From contig CDROCS010001137.1 of assembly GCA_977020255.1 (NCBI GenBank), positions 248,001 through 312,000 on the forward strand: 64,000 nt of DNA, written 5' to 3'. Both the position numbers and the translations under genes were made by a program. This DNA comes from Obrimoposthia wandeli (taxonomy: Eukaryota). Position 1 is the first letter of the stretch. Each line of letters opens with the position of its first letter. The notes under the pieces are model-generated. The model saw only the letters and a program-made list of their open reading frames with translations, ran no database searches and was not told where the DNA came from. Below are positions 61,001-64,000 of the stretch, one piece after another.

Positions 61001-62559
61001 CGATCTAATTTAGAAAGGATTTAATGTTTAGTGAAAATAAATATATCCTTGTAATTTAAGACCTGGTTTTTACAATTTAAAATGAATAATTTTACAAAAA
61101 AGCATTTAGATTAAAATTGAACAAATGTAACACTTTATTGTATTAATATGCAAACGGTAAAAATATCGTGTTAAAATGTATTTAAAAGTTTTCTGGAATC
61201 CTTGTAAATTAATGTTTTTCATTTTTAGCAAATATATTTCATTTATATCATATTCTACTTATGAATACTAAATAAATATATTTTCCTGCATTGATAATTC
61301 AATTATACCATTATTGTGAAAATTAATATTGAATATAAGTAATTGAACAGAAAGTTGAACCTTCGGTATCAAAAATGATTATGACTCCTGAACGTGTGTA
61401 ACAAGGAATCTAGAGATCGTTGAAGAAATACAGTCCAAGAACATGAGAACTGAAATTTTATCAATGTTTTTGAACTCCAAAAAAGGAAAGCAGAATTTAA
61501 ATAAAGTACATCACATTAACTTTATTTATAATCCAGATCAAGGAAATATGAGGAGCAAACAAAAAAAAATAAATTAGAATCAAAATAGGGATAAATTAAA
61601 AATCAATTAACTCTTGGAATTAATTAACGTGACCTTGAGTATTTTCATAATAGTTTGTTGTAAATGAAATTAAAAGAGAAGTCGATTCCTAAATAACGAC
61701 AAATATAAATGGGAACGCGCACCCTTAGAATACAAACGTTACCTACCCTCACCATCAATTTAAGATAAGTATGTGTCTATATACCAATCTGCATGATATG
61801 ACTACATAGAGAACCAACCATACCTCCCTGAATCAATCATTTTCAATCGCTCGTTGGAAGTTAGATAGACTTTTTACGCATATACGTTTAAGAACTCACG
61901 AACTAGAAGCATCCAAAAGAAGTGTAACAACTATAGTTCCAACAAATGTTTTTACATCCCTAATTATTTTATTCCGAGTTCCAAGTCATAAATGTACCCG
62001 TGGCTGTTACAAGTGGTTTGTAATGTACCGAGACAGTCAATTAATTCCGGTTTGTTCTTGAAGTGACAATGTTTGAAACATAAAACTTAAGTAACCTTAG
62101 TAAACTGAACAAGTTTGTTAATCTATGATACTGCTACTGACATCTCCCAATCAACAAAGAACAATTTTGATTTATGGATATCTGTTATATCTATGGATTT
62201 TTAAGATGGTTTGAAACTAAGTAAAATTCCCCAAGACGAACCGAATGAGATAAGAAAACTATATTCATAGTAAACACATTAAGGTAATTAAATTCTCAAT
62301 AGCAATACACAGTAAGGTGTCTTCTTCTTCGTGTACGACTGATGAATCTCCAGGGAAAATTGTTTGTGTGACACTACTTTGTGGTTTCCCATGTTGTGAG
62401 AGCATTTTCTGAGTATCTCCAGGCAAATATTTTATTTTATGGTATTTAAATTTCTTTCAAAAAGTATTGATCACAAATTTAAATTTGGTAATTTATTTTT
62501 ATAATACATATATACACTTTTTAATCCTATCCAATTTGTCAGCAGTCAGGGCATCTACT

Positions 62560-64000
62560 CGATCACGTATTGTATCCACAGTTTCTTAAACTACACGTAG
62601 TTTAATGAAATTCCACTGTGCGCAAGTATGTTCTATCACTTTACTTGCAATTCGTATTTTAATTTTCTTCCTTTCTGCCGCTGAATATTTATGAGTTTGG
62701 AAAAGTTGGTTGTTGTCGGTATTCCAGAACCTGAGGGTCCCACTCTAACGACATAAAGTGCTATCATCTTGTCACTGTTATCTTTCCACGTAATTTCGAC
62801 TAGATTCTGAAATTTATCCATTGTCTTGATGTAACTATTATTTTAAATCATATTACTATTAAATGGAACTTTAATTTTCATATAGTGGATGTAGGTTCTA
62901 CTTTTTACCGTTATATTTGGTCTTTCTCGCTAAATATTGCCACTGTCGTCCTTTACTGTTGTAGTTTCCTTCGTCATTTAGAACAAGTTTACGTATGGCA
63001 TATACTTCTCGAACAACCATATCGTGCCTTTGTACTTTCCAATGATGTATTTTATGGTATCCTACTATAGCATAGGATACAGTCTCGGAAGATGGTTTGC
63101 TGTTAATTTTACACTCATATCGCCAACAGTTAACTTCACGGTAACTATATAGGGCTTTAACATACAAACGCTTTATTCGGGCTTTGTGTATAAAGTACCA
63201 TGTTTTATGAGGGAGTTTACCCTTTAGGATAAACCTCTTAATATCCCTATAAGATGTAGCATTTCCCTAAATGGCCGATCCCGGTTTATCGTTGATTCTT
63301 ATGTGCTCAGTTCTAACAATTGCAATCTGGTTGTTGAGATTGGTACTGATTTATTTGTAATCATTGCTCGTGAGTACGGTATTAACTTTACTTTTCTTAA
63401 TGCAGATTAATGCTTCATCATTTTCACCATCTTTAGCACTCTTAGAGATTATAATCTCGAGTTTCAACTCCTCTAGATTTTTTTGTGAGCTTTAGTATAA
63501 CTTGTCCACTCATTTCTGTCCGTTGCCTGAATAACATTTTCATTTACGACTTGGGCCAAACAACTTCAAAAGTCTCTGTATTTTGAAATTTGTTTACTTA
63601 TCAAGGAGATTAATTCAAATCTAAAGGTTTATTGTAACCCTCTACGGTCTGCATTCACCATTTTGAAGGCTTGGATTACAGCCTGTATATTATTCTCATT
63701 CGTGATACTGGCCGGCCATAGGTGTATTTTGTTATTCGATTAGTACATATATCATTGATGAATCTGTCATATGAGATGTTGTTTTGTCTGAAACGGAATA
63801 TAAAACTTGGAGTGTACAAAGCTTTTGGACGCCGAGATTTTCTGGTCAGGGTACAGTCTACTATTCATGATATTTTTCGTCATGTCAAGATTCACATCAA
63901 ATAGATCCTCACTTTTGTGTTTGATATCCGCATTCCTGTTCATACCAAAGTACCTGTAGGCACTTTCCGTCGTTTCGGCTGGTATAGGGTCTACGTCAAG
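62560..64000 (-). mobile_element. RLE-type (NeSL/R4-like) non-LTR retrotransposon 3' part, runs off the window
   Basis: PIPA...AYRYFG (RT thumb); WYFIHKARI...C...ETVS...RHDMVV (CCHC region); IKVPF...KFQNL...VRVGPSG (RLE). Confidence 0.75.

Overview
AT-rich invertebrate (metazoan) genomic DNA: TTAGGG units, short GT-AG introns, and 18S/28S rRNA fragments. The species cannot be identified from sequence alone. It is largely a nested transposon and endogenous-virus graveyard with two apparently intact host genes: a 3-exon GT92 glycosyltransferase (minus strand, 22924-31923) and an intronless Shisa/VOPP1-like membrane protein (57481-57999). The centrepiece is a full-length but mutationally decayed 17.3-kb Polinton/Maverick provirus (36731-54041), with AGTAG...CTACT termini, ~105-bp TIRs and a 6-bp TSD. 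It encodes pPolB, integrase, packaging ATPase, adenain-like protease, major and minor capsid proteins and QxGG-motif core-like proteins. It also carries an unusual accessory set: an intron-containing TATA-binding-protein homolog, two spliced acidic activator-like regions (one fused in frame to pPolB), a tandem pair of related SSB-like ORFs, a DEDD-like nuclease, and a subterminal AP-1-like plus nuclear-receptor-half-site array. It inserted into an older, differently arranged Polinton. A 6.8-kb non-autonomous element with Maverick-type ends (7800-14607), carrying satellite DNA, telomere-like repeats and an 18S piece, splits the gag zinc knuckle of an LTR retrotransposon with 99-bp LTRs. Also present: three more Polinton remnants, a 28S orphon joined to an R2 element, remnants of Ty3/gypsy, BEL, Tc1, mariner, Merlin, hAT, Chapaev and RLE-LINE elements, and a perfect 125-bp palindrome. 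All family calls come from motif recognition by eye; no database searches were run.
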